From Toensbergia leucococca (Eukaryota), in NCBI GenBank assembly GCA_022813965.1, contig JALDZS010000113.1, positions 55,464-75,463 on the forward strand: DNA of 20,000 bases. The letters are read 5' to 3'. The translations under genes and the position numbers were made by a program. Under the pieces are notes generated by a model. That model was not told where the DNA came from, did not search any database, and saw only the letters and a list, made by a program, of their open reading frames with translations. Of this stretch, positions 1 to 10,462 are shown in pieces (position 1 is the stretch's first letter; every line of letters begins with the position of its first letter).

Positions 1-460
1 TGATCTTTCTCCTTCTCATTCTCATTGCACAACCTCCTTTCCTATCCACACCCCTCCCATCCTCACCAGCCCCCCTCTTCCAAAAAAAAAAAAAGCTCAA
101 AACCCCCTTAACCCCCCTATCATAAAAGCACACAGACTTTCTTCTTTTCTTTTCCTTCTTCTTCTCTCATCATCATCTCCCTTCCTTCCTCATCATCAAT
201 CTCCCTCCTTCTCACCATCCCTCTCTCCTCCAACTATAAAATTCCTCACACACCCTCTCACCCACACCTCACCCCTCACACCCCTCACCACCTCTCACCT
301 TCTTTCCCAAAAAAAGAAAAAAAAGAAAAAAAAATCACCCCTTTCAATCTTAAAAAAAAAATTGTGGAAACTCCCCAACCCCCCCCCTCCCCCATCCCCC
401 TCAAAGCAAAAAAGTTAAAAAAGTTATAAAAGCAAAGACAGAAAGCAAAAAAAGCAAAAA
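1..460. repeat. Low-complexity C/A/T-rich tract (poly-A and poly-C runs, CT-rich and CCCCTCACA-like repeats)
   Basis: G is strongly depleted on the + strand. Homopolymer runs include A13 at 82-94 and several A runs at 308-361; ccctcac-type units recur at 243-300. Confidence 0.8.
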
Positions 461-801
461 AAGGCTCACAGAAGTCACGTCCGCACCCTCTCGCCTTCAC
501 AATTCTGCCCCTTCCCAATGTCAGAGACAGTGATAGAGAAGTATAAGAAAAGGGTGAAAGCCCCCGGGGGGAAAGAGAGGAGAGAGATAGCACAGATGAA
601 ATCAGTCGAGGCTGCCCGAATTTTTTCTTTGCTCCCCGTGGGGAGGAAATAGTTACCGAGTTGTTTGGTTTTTGCAAGAGTGAGTTGAGTGAGAGTGCTC
701 TCGGGGGTAAGCAGCTGGGGGAGTTGGGATTTCCGTTTTCCAAAGTGTGCCTAGTGCGTGGATCAAAGCAGGGGCGGTTGATCAGAATAGAAATTGGAAT
801 T

Positions 802-831
802 GAATTTGAATTTGAATTTGAATTAGAATTA
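802..831. repeat. Microsatellite (GAATTW)5
   Basis: gaattt gaattt gaattt gaatta gaatta read directly from the sequence. Confidence 0.9.
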
Positions 832-1205
832 GAAAACAAAGCCTTCCACCCCCCCCTCTTAGAAATAAAAAAAAGAGGCACGTTTCTCTATCAAATAGTT
901 ATCGACGCCCTTCTTCTTCTTTTTCTTGCTTCGGCTTCTAGTCCATAGAGAACAAGGTTCATGGGACAACAGTGAGAAACCCTCTGCGCTGGAGTTTTCA
1001 AAAAAAAACCTCTCATGATGCAACAAATTTCCCTTTGGGTGGGTGGGTATCATCGCTTGCTAGTAACCTGCGTACAAAACTGACGGTGGCAAAGGGGGGA
1101 GAAAGAGGGAAATCCATCCTAGGTATGATTAAACAAACGGATCTCATTTCAGGCATTCACAGCATTCAACATCGTCTCAAACAGCGCCACCAGAGCATGC
1201 ATGAA

Positions 1206-2177
1206 TCAAGTCCATCTCCTCCTCGCCCTATTGGGCAAAACCCTAGGCTCCTTCTCCTCAACGGCGACCTCGCTTTCAACCTTCTCGTTCTCCCCACGAG
1301 GTAGTTCGATTCGATATCTCCTCACGCTACCGGAATCGCTGTTGCGGTCTTCATCGTAAAAGCCCATGCGACTACCTTTTCGGCAACATCGGGGCGTGAA
1401 GCGGCGCCATAATCCTCGGAGGCCGCGGAAAGAATTGTCAATCTTTTGGTACTCGAGACGGCGGGTGGATGGAAGGGTCCAGTCGATGGTTGTGGAGGGC
1501 ACGTGGTTTGAGTAGGAATGCTCTCGAGAGGGCGATTTATTGTAACAGGTGTTGGTTGATCCAATCGAGTTGTATGTGGGTGATATGGATGACTGGCTAG
1601 ATGTCCTTGTGGGATACTGGGAAGTTTGGGATCGCGGGTCATGGTTGGAAATTGCGTCCTCGTGTGATTGAAAAAGGCTTTTGCAACGGTAATGAAATAA
1701 AAAGGGATCCTCCAATGAGGGTCTGGCATATGTAACGCCGCTGCTTGGTCTCGAATCGGATAATTTTCTGGTATATGCCACATTGGGTCCAGCAATGGTG
1801 AAGGAAGATCGCCTGGAAGAAGCCCTTGAGCTTTTTTGAAGATTCGACGAATCACGAGTCTTTGAACTACGTCGACTGGCATTTTTGTCAGATGTTATAG
1901 GTAAGGAGAGCGTCCTTGCACCAGAAGGGCTTGATTTACCCCCGGGACGACGTGGAGAAGCAGTAGGTGTAGTTTGGTTTGTATTCATCTTTGTTGAGTG
2001 GAACTTTGTCCTCGTACTGGATGTTGGTCTCTCTGCAGATGGAGCTAGCACGTCCTCCGCTTGTGTCTCATTGGGTGTTTTTGATAGAGCTGTCGTTGCA
2101 GTCGAATCATCTGCAAAGCCACTATCTGCGCGACGAAATACTTCAGGCCAGGGTGATCCTGTCTCGGAATAAGCCAT
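1206..2177 (-). CDS. Hypothetical protein, 323 aa, intronless; Ser/Thr/Arg-rich disordered N-terminus and a motif-rich C-terminal block
   Basis: ATG-initiated 972-nt ORF. The C-terminal block (TIDWTLPSTRRLEYQKID...RGLRGLWRR...FYDED...SDSGSVRRYRIEL) resembles uncharacterised Pezizomycotina proteins (recalled, not searched). Confidence 0.75.
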   Translation of the reverse strand: MAYSETGSPWPEVFRRADSGFADDSTATTALSKTPNETQAEDVLAPSAERPTSSTRTKFHSTKMNTNQTTPTASPRRPGGKSSPSGARTLSLPITSDKNASRRSSKTRDSSNLQKSSRASSRRSSFTIAGPNVAYTRKLSDSRPSSGVTYARPSLEDPFLFHYRCKSLFQSHEDAISNHDPRSQTSQYPTRTSSQSSISPTYNSIGSTNTCYNKSPSREHSYSNHVPSTTIDWTLPSTRRLEYQKIDNSFRGLRGLWRRFTPRCCRKGSRMGFYDEDRNSDSGSVRRYRIELPRGENEKVESEVAVEEKEPRVLPNRARRRWT

Positions 2178-2832
2178 GCTGATTGTTCTCGCCTTGAATG
2201 CTGTTAAAGAGCCTCGTCGGCGGACTGGAGGAGGAGGCTTAGCGAAGCGTCTCGAGTTCGGTGATCAAGGATTGATGTTCGTTTTTTTGGTAGCTTGTCA
2301 AATGGGATGTCTCTAGGATCCTTTCAGCATTCTATGATCTGTTGGAGTAGGGTCATGGGCTTTAGCTGACCTCTAAAACGACATAGCTTGAACTCAAGGA
2401 TGCTTTAATAATGTCTCGACTTCTGATTTGGGTTGCAAAATAATAGATGCGTAAAATTGAAGTTGTCTGCTCGTATTCGTAGTCAGGCAAGCTCACACGT
2501 TGTGTTACGAGCAATTGTCGTCCTGGTGTTTCCCGAATTTACATGATGCGTGATGCATGACACTTCACGAGGCTTTGAGTTAGGCTGGAGGCTTGCAAGA
2601 GGCTCCAATGATGTTGGTGAAGTTCTTTTTATTGACAAGGGGTTCATGCAAGACTTAGGCAAACTAGAAACAGACGCCTTCACCGCTTTTGCAAGTGTCG
2701 AGTCTGTGTGGCGTTATGCAGTGGCAGACGTCAAGTGGGTACCTCGAATCAATAAAAAGTAATATGTTGGGCCCACCATCGGCAAGCATCGATATTTATT
2801 TATGGACAGAGTAGAGTGGATATGTGAAGGTC

Positions 2833-2866
2833 AAAAGTGAAAAGTGAAAAGTGAAAAGTGAAAAGT
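2833..2866. repeat. Tandem repeat (AAAAGTG) x ~4.9
   Basis: Four copies of aaaagtg followed by aaaagt, read directly. Confidence 0.95.
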
Positions 2867-3884
2867 CGTGACTCGACAGTTGATACTAGTGAGTCCTCGT
2901 AGACATTCACATGTTAGTAGCAAATATCCGTGAAACCTGCCGCCATGTCAGTCCACCCGTCAATCTGAATCGTGACTGGTTGCAAGCCCCGCCACAATAA
3001 GCGCCCCGAGATCATGTGTACTTGTGTACTCGTAGCCAAAGAGACAAAGAGACACAATCTAGGCTGCTATGAAGCCATGGCCAGAGCCATGGCCGTCACT
3101 TGATTCTGAAACAGTCTGGTGTGCTTGAACGAAATGTTGAAGGAATCATGCTGAGAGACTGAGAGTGGTGGGGTCAGATTAACTTTTCACGCTTTCGATA
3201 GAGTAAACGCCTCACGCCTGGCCGGGTGATCGCTTTGGGCTATCCATTTCCAGAATAGGAGACTGAAATCCCGGGTCAAAAGCCATGTCTTCGTCTGTTG
3301 GGGCAATTCAACTCATGCTTGACCATATTCAATATTCTACTGCAGTTCAAGAGCTTCATGATGATGCATGTCTCAATACGATAACGATAAGTCTATCTAT
3401 TAATACATCTGCAAGATGTGTTACACAGTAGGAGGGTACTTGGGTACCTGATAATGCATCGCACAACTAGAGCAATTTGGGTTCCTATGTTTGTTAGGGC
3501 TTCGTTAGGGCTTCAGATCTAGGGCCAGGTTCATTTCGCCTTCATTACCAAATTACGAGGTACTATATACTTACTCCTATCGCCCGTCTTTGTGTGTGCT
3601 GATTTGTATGACCAACTGGAATCCTGAATCATCTTGCGTCCCGCACATTACCCTGTCCTCCAATTCTGTCTTAGCACCCCACACACCCGCCCAACCAACA
3701 CGAGGCCGTGGGGGTCGCGTCGTTTTTCTCGATGAACCTCTCCATTCTCCGGCCAAGCTGCCTTATCTAATGCTTCGTACCTCCAAAATTCCACTATCCT
3801 CAATCACCTTATCCAACATTAATTGTGACAATGACAACCTCTGTTTCCCCCGTACCCCGACTCCATTGGTGGCCGAGTCCCGTT

Positions 3885-6164
3885 TCACAATTTCGCCCTG
3901 GTCTCCGTTGCCTGATGGAGCCCCGCGCCCTTTTCTTGGAAATATTCCTTGATCTTTTCTCTTGCTACTTCTACTACGCTTGCATCCTCAACCGTAGCTG
4001 GAATTTGTACCTCCTTTTCAAAATCCCCGTGCACTGCATTCTCCACTAGCTCCCGTAGTACTCGCCTCAATGTCTTACCGCTTCGTGTCTTTGGTATCAT
4101 GCCTGTGCCCTGGATCATGCCACCGAGTGAGGCTATGCTGCCAATCTGCTCGCGAACCGAAATCTGGACCTCTTTGAAGAGAGCATCAGATGGTACAGCC
4201 GAGGGAGGATGGTCGCCTGTGGATAGGGTGGCAAAGGCAAATGGAAGATGTCCTTTGAGGGCGTCTGGAACTCCAACGACGCAGCATTCGGCAATGTCCG
4301 GGTGGGATGCTATGGCTTGCTCGATAGATCCTGTAAAATGACATTAGCTGACACGTTGAGGAGCTGTAAGCCTTGACTGACCGGTACTAAATCTATGTGC
4401 TGCAACGTTGATAATATCATCCGATCTAGACATGACATGGACATAACCATCTCCGTCAATCATGCCTGCATCGCCAGTATCAATCCATTTTCCGTCAAAC
4501 CGTTTCATGTACCCTTTGTAAAACCTTTCTTCGTCCTCGAATAAAGTCGTCAGACCAGTCGGCGCAAGTGGTAATCCAAGTACAATGTTCCCCATTTCGC
4601 CGTTTGGAACCTCTTTTCCGTCATCTTTCACTATCCTGACATCAAATCCAGGCATGGGTTTGCCGGCCGAACCGGGTCTGATAACCAGAGGCTTGTGTAC
4701 ATCAGTACTACAGTAGTCCTTACCAGCGGCAGCCGTCAAGGCAATACCAGAGATAGGAGATCCAGACTCCGACGACCACCAATTATCAATGACTTGTGCA
4801 TGGGGTGCACAGTATTTTTGCAATAGCTCTTGATACATGCGTACAATACTCGGTTCGCTTCTTTCACCTGCAAGAAACAAGCCTTTGAGCTGTTTCAACC
4901 CACCCCTTTTCCCTGCCGCCTCAAAGAACTTGTTACTCGGATCGTCGCGCCTGATGGCTCGTAAAGCAGTCGGCGCCGTACTCAGTACAGTCACTTTGTG
5001 CTCTTCTAATATCCTCCAAAATGTGCCTGCGTTAGGTGTTCCAACAGGCTTGCCTTCGAAAAGGACAGTGGTGGCTCCTGCTAGAAGAGGGCCGTAGAGA
5101 ATGTACGAATGGCCGACAACCCATCCAATATCAGACGCGCAGAACATTACATCTCCAGGACCATGGATGCCAAAGAGATATTTTATTGATAAATTGAGTC
5201 CGACTGCGTGCCCGCCAGCTTCGCGAAGGACACCTTTGGGCAAACCAGTTGTTCCTGCAGCACAATTTTCGAATTAGATCCAAGTAGAATATCATGACGA
5301 GTTTCTTGTTGTGTTGCGAGTACTAATCCCACGAGGGTACTTACCACTCGTGTAAATAATGTATAGTCCATCACTGCTTCTAATTGGGACAGGATCTGCT
5401 TTCAAGTTTCTACTCTTAGCGCTCTTCACCAACTTCTGCCAATTTCTCTCTCCGTTCTCCTTCACCACAGGGTCCCACATAAGTTGATCTCTTTGCCAAA
5501 CAATGACTTTCTCCGGCTTAAAATTACTCTTCTGCAAAGCACCCAGAATGAAGGGTTTATAGTCCATGGGCCCTTTCGAACCCTCTATTCCACACGAAGC
5601 TGTCATTATCGCTCGCGGTTTCGAGGCTTCGATTCGTTGGGCCAATGATGCAGGTGCAAAGCCTCCAAAAACGACAGCGTGTATGGCACCAAGGCGAATG
5701 ATGGCAAGAATGGCGAAGAGCGCTGCAGGTATCATGGGCACTTGGTTTTGTCAGCGCTGGCCTTGACCACAACTCCGTGAATCAATACTGTATATAAGAA
5801 CGACATGGCCCTTTCTCACACCTTCCTCTCGCAGCACTCCGGCAAGTGTTTCAACCTCACTGAGGAGCTGACTATATGTGTATTTTTCTTTGCTTCCCGT
5901 GACGGGCGAGTCCCAAATAATAGCAGTAGACTCGCCGTGACCATTTCTCACATGTCGATCAACACAGTTGTAGGACGTGGAAAGCTCTCCATCCGGGAAC
6001 CATGTCCAATGTGGATGGCTCACGCCACTGTCAAGATCCTTGGTAGTTCTTTTCAAGGCACGAGAGGGATTCTTATGCCAGTCTAATTGATCGGCTTGGT
6101 GTGCCCAGAATGACTCGGCATCATATAGGGAATGCGATTGGACTTGATCCTGCATGTGAGGCAT
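3885..6164 (-). CDS. pcsA: Propionyl-CoA synthetase / acetate-CoA ligase family (PrpE/PcsA-like), 696 aa, C-terminal PTS1 (AKL). Exons 6164-5789, 5740-5345, 5254-4382, 4330-3885
   Basis: Three GT-AG introns (5741-5788, 5255-5344, 4331-4381) with CTGAC/CTAAT branch sites join the ORF fragments in frame (2091 nt). Splicing restores VLIYMPMIP, the AMP-binding loop YIIYTSGTTGLPKGV, and HRFSTGSIE. Also present: SDIGWVVGHSYILYGPL, AGERSEP, DNWWSSESG, DTGD, RSDDIINVAAHR and PKTRSGK. These motifs fit the PrpE/ACSS3 branch better than acetyl-CoA synthetase. Confidence 0.92.
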
Positions 6165-8832
6165 GACGAACCAGTTCGCTCCTAATGCTTGTTGCTTGCA
6201 GTCTCTGATATTAAAAGAGCAGGGCAAGGAAAGCGAGATCTGAAACAAGTAATGAGAGACTTCCTGGTTAGGGCAGCGATTAGCATTCCCCCATGAGATC
6301 TAAAATCGAAAGAGCAGAGGAATTTGAAAAGGAAGACGAGGAGAAGTGGGGTGGTTTGCTTCAAGATCATTTGTTAGCTATGTTTGTGCATAGTACCTAG
6401 CTGATGAACAACAGATAGCTATGTCATCGAGGTAATAGGAGTAGAGAGTTCGGACTAATGGCATTTAATGTTTGCGTTGAATCGTCTCGCCTTCCCCGCA
6501 TTTCGCCAAATCCAGCCAAATCGTCAGACCAGAAGCACAGAAATCAATTTCCGAACTAAAACGGAATCAAATGCTCTTCACTTCTGGACACGATCGATTT
6601 GTTGTATTCAAGATATCGTTGTAGATGGTGGACATGTGCCTTCTCGATATTCTAGGATAACCTTTCCCTTTAAGAATCCGAGAATATGAATGCGATGATA
6701 TCAGTGTCCTTAGTGGCCTGTTAGAATATATGTGCTGCTCTTCAATGATTTACTGTGTCTTGAATAGGTATGAGTAGGTATTCCAAATTCTCTGCCGAAG
6801 CCATCAGCACATGTTCTATCATGCATGCACTTACCCGCCCTTGGCGCTGATTCCTACCTAGACTCCTAGAGCACACAAATACATCTGTACTGCCAACATA
6901 CCCGCCTGTATCCCTCTCTACCTGTTCATTGCGTGTGTCAATACTTCGTCTATCGATCACTGATAACTAGTAGTCATCGCCGACTCGTCCAAACGGCTCG
7001 TAATTGACATTTGCAGGGGAGGCTCCCTCGGAAGTGGGTAGGTATCTGTCAGCCGGCTCGTTGCATAATTTAAATTCAATGTGATATTCACAAATCCTAC
7101 GTAGAATAATCCTTTGTCCTCCTGTTCATGAGCAAGACATTCTAGGAGATGATCTAATCCTCGGACAAATAGAGCCTTGTATGCATTCGTACATTGTGGA
7201 TATTACCACACCACACCATCACAAACCCTCAAACTTGATCGCTGCCGTTCGCTCAGCTAGAATAGGCTGAAACTGCCATGGGATGCGATCCGTTCCGTCT
7301 CTCCGTTTGTGCAGGCTATATGAGTTAGAGTAGTCCCGCTTGCATCCTAATCAGACATGTACCAGCATCCGTGACCGGGGACGGGGGAAGGGGCAGCTGT
7401 CAGACTCTAGATAGATGTAGTGCGATGCACCAGAGCAGCCAGACATGGTTCTAGACTTGCATTGAAACATAGCATCCCTCTTTTCTTCGCCCCGACCAAG
7501 CTATGAGAGGACTGAGACCTTCTCATCATGCTAGATCTCTCTCTGCTTTTCCGCTGATACTATATACTCGAGACTGCTTAGACGTGAAGAAATGACCGTG
7601 CATTCGGAGCTTTGGCCTAGGCGCTTGAAGTAAAGTACAATGAAGGTTGGTGTAGGTTTGTGTACCCTGAAGAAAAGCTGGCCCTCACATCGGCCGATGA
7701 CTCTGATGCAGTGGAGTGTGCCGTTCATCTCACAAAACACCAAGCTTTGCCCTCGCTTGCACAAATTGAAGATGGTTAGGAGGCCGCCAGCGTCTTAGTC
7801 TTGCAGTAACCCAAGCCCGGAAATCGAGTTAAGCTACATGGCCAGAGCCTACCTATCCCAAGCCTACGACTGAGACCGGGGCTTTGGGTAACATTATTAG
7901 CTACTCCGGTGCTCTGTAGGTGGGTACACTAACACTACCACACACCCTGCCGCCTCCATACGCAGCAATGGCCTTCACTGCTGCCACTTCTCCAATCTCA
8001 CCAGTACTCCCTACCCCCACGGCTCTCTCACCTCATGAACGAATCGGCTTCCACCAGTGCTCATCCATCAGATCGATCATCGAATCACTGACTATCTGTA
8101 CATCCACCACTACGAGCTTTGTTTGCATTTCTCTTCCACGTGCTGATCGCGTGGGGCGAGGCGAGGGGAAAAAAACTCAACTATAAGGTAATACCTTACC
8201 TCAAGGACCTTCAAGCTGCACCCGCTACCCAGGTACTTGATAATCCACAACTGCTTTCCCTTCTCCGTACCTATCATTCGTTGCACCCAACTCGCATTTG
8301 CCTTCTCACTTCTTACCTTCCATTTCCCCGCCAATTGGCTTGCAATATTTCTAGGCTTGTCATCCGGCGTTTAACACTTGCGTCGGACCTTTTACCTCTT
8401 TGGCACATGCACACCCAGTCCCCCATTTTACGCCGTACAACGAGAAGGAGGAACACCACACAATCATCTCACCTGAGGCCTCACCGTCGTTTCTCGTCTA
8501 TTTGTCCCCTTCCAGCTGTTGGCAAGCTTAGTCTTGTACATGGTCGTAATTAATTCATTGGGTTAGCACTGTTCGACAGTTCCACCGTCCGGTCATTTGG
8601 GTTTCTTACCACTCATTCCCTACTCTCCAACTGCTACCTCGGGAATCTAGCTACCTCATTGGGTATTGCATGCACTGGAGCTGGATCGAACTTTGGGGTG
8701 CTCATAGACTGTGCTACCCAGCCAGCATCCATTAATCCAGTCATCGACTCTTCTCGCCATTACCTATTGCATCTTTCTTATCTTCCTCATCCTGAACACA
8801 ACTCTACGAGCTTAGGTGCAACCTCAATCAAC

Positions 8833-9614
8833 ATGGCAGGAAAAATGACCCTTTATAAGCTGGTTGTGCTAGGTGACGGAGGTGTTGGAAAAACCGCTTT
8901 AACCATCCAGGTGATTGCTGCCCGTCTCAATCGCTATGGATCGTTTTGCTTACAGGAATCCAGCTCTGCTTAAATCACTTTGTAGAGACATATGACCCTA
9001 CAATCGAGGACTCGTATCGAAAACAGGTAGTCATTGACTCGCAGTCATGCATGTTGGAAGTTTTGGACACAGCCGGCCAAGAAGAATACACAGCGTTGAG
9101 AGACCAATGGATAAGAGACGGCGAAGGCTTTGTGCTTGTATACAGCATAACCTCTAGATCGTCATTCACTCGGATACAGAAATTTTACCATCAAATTCAA
9201 AGGGTTAAAGAATCGTCGAATGCTGGTTCACCGACATCAATTGGTTATCTATCATCCCCAGTATCGTCCGTTTCTATGTCTGGCGGTGGCCAAGCGCCAG
9301 TGATGTTGGTCGGAAACAAAAGTGATCGAGTGACTGAGAGAGAGGTATCAATGCAGGAGGGAAGTGCATTAGCAAAGGAGCTGGGTTGTGAGTTCGTGGA
9401 AGCATCTGCCAAAAACTGCATCAACGTGGAAAAGGCGTTCTATGAAGTCGTACGTTCGTTAAGGCGACAACGACTAGAGCATACTCGACTTGAAAGAAGA
9501 GGCCCAAATATTGATGGTGGTAGAATTCCAGGTACTCAAGATAGCCGTCTCAGACCTAGCCGCTCGCGAGGAGATCGAGATCGGCCGCACAAGATCAAGT
9601 GCGTCATCTTATGA
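8833..9614 (+). CDS. ras2: Ras-family small GTPase, Ras2/RasB type, 242 aa. Exons 8833-8910, 8964-9614
   Basis: G1 GDGGVGKT, effector region [10 protein letters not shown]3 DTAGQEE, G4 NKSD, G5 EASAK, and CAAX CVIL. Removing the intron 8911-8963 (GTGATT...CAG) gives [28 protein letters not shown] and the internal insertion are RasB/Ras2 signatures. Confidence 0.96.
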
Positions 9615-10462
9615 GACTCAGTGCTAAGTAGAGGTTGAACTCTACGTCTATTCTCAATGAGTATGTGGACTCTGGAAGAAGGAAGGATGAATCAAAGAAG
9701 AGCAAAAGCAACCCAACGTGTGGGTCTAGTAACGCAGGCCAAAGAGATTTGCGCTTCTACCAACATCTTCTTCGGAGTGTTGCTTCCTCCTTCTCAAGAC
9801 TTCTTTTAGTCTTGTTTCACAAACTGGCCTCTATACGACATTTGTTTTCTTCCATCCTATCCATATTCGAACTACAAATATCTAGAGCCGCTCGATCTTG
9901 GCAGCCCAAGATTGGCGCAACTTTTTCAATTGGCGGTCTATACTCACGGGCCGGCGAAAAGCGTATCTCGAACCACTTTCATGCGGCTATACAGGCATTG
10001 TCTAGAAAGGATAGACCGGGAGGCAGGTATGTGATTTCGGAGTTGATACTCTATCAGCAGTCCCAGGAAGTCAGATAGAGGGCGATAAGGGACGGGTAGG
10101 CGCAAGATGAATCATTAGCTGGTGGAATTCTGACCTTTACGGTATTGCAAGCTTTAAGTGAGGGCGATACCAGGAGTACATCGCCTCCTGCGATTCATCA
10201 AATAAGATGTCCAGTCGGTCAACTTTGCAATTTATAAATGCGACAAACTTCCATAACGTTGCTTGTCACCGGCAACATGTGCTGTGGACTCCGCCTGAAG
10301 AAATGATGAGGCGACTCTCCATGTTTCGACACCGAAGTTAGTTCATGCGTGGATGTGAGCCATCCATACAGGAGGGCTAAGGAAAGTCGGCACAATCTTG
10401 CTATTCAACAGGCCGGCGTGGCTATCTCATTTACGATCTCATAACTCGAGTCAACGACCCTT

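Noticed and set aside
556..571. GAAAGCCCCCGG resembling the RNase MRP CR-I motif; CCCCCGGGGG palindrome
   Set aside because: No matching CR-V/P4 partner is visible, and the context is low complexity.
285..881. 198-aa minus-strand ORF and overlapping + strand ORFs
   Set aside because: Non-ATG start; the translation is dominated by microsatellite and homopolymer products (SNSNSN, poly-F).
1322..1882. 186-aa alternative-frame ORF inside the 323-aa gene
   Set aside because: No recognisable motifs; most likely a shadow frame.
8119..8553. 144-aa ORF upstream of ras2
   Set aside because: Non-ATG start and no protein-like features; probably leader or promoter sequence.
8953..8955. Alternative CAG acceptor in the ras2 intron
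   Set aside because: It abuts the likely branch point (CTTAC) and would frameshift the GTPase; the CAG at 8961-8963 restores the conserved sequence.
9635..10078. 147-aa ORF right after the ras2 stop
   Set aside because: TTG start, lies in the expected 3'UTR, out of frame with ras2, no motifs.
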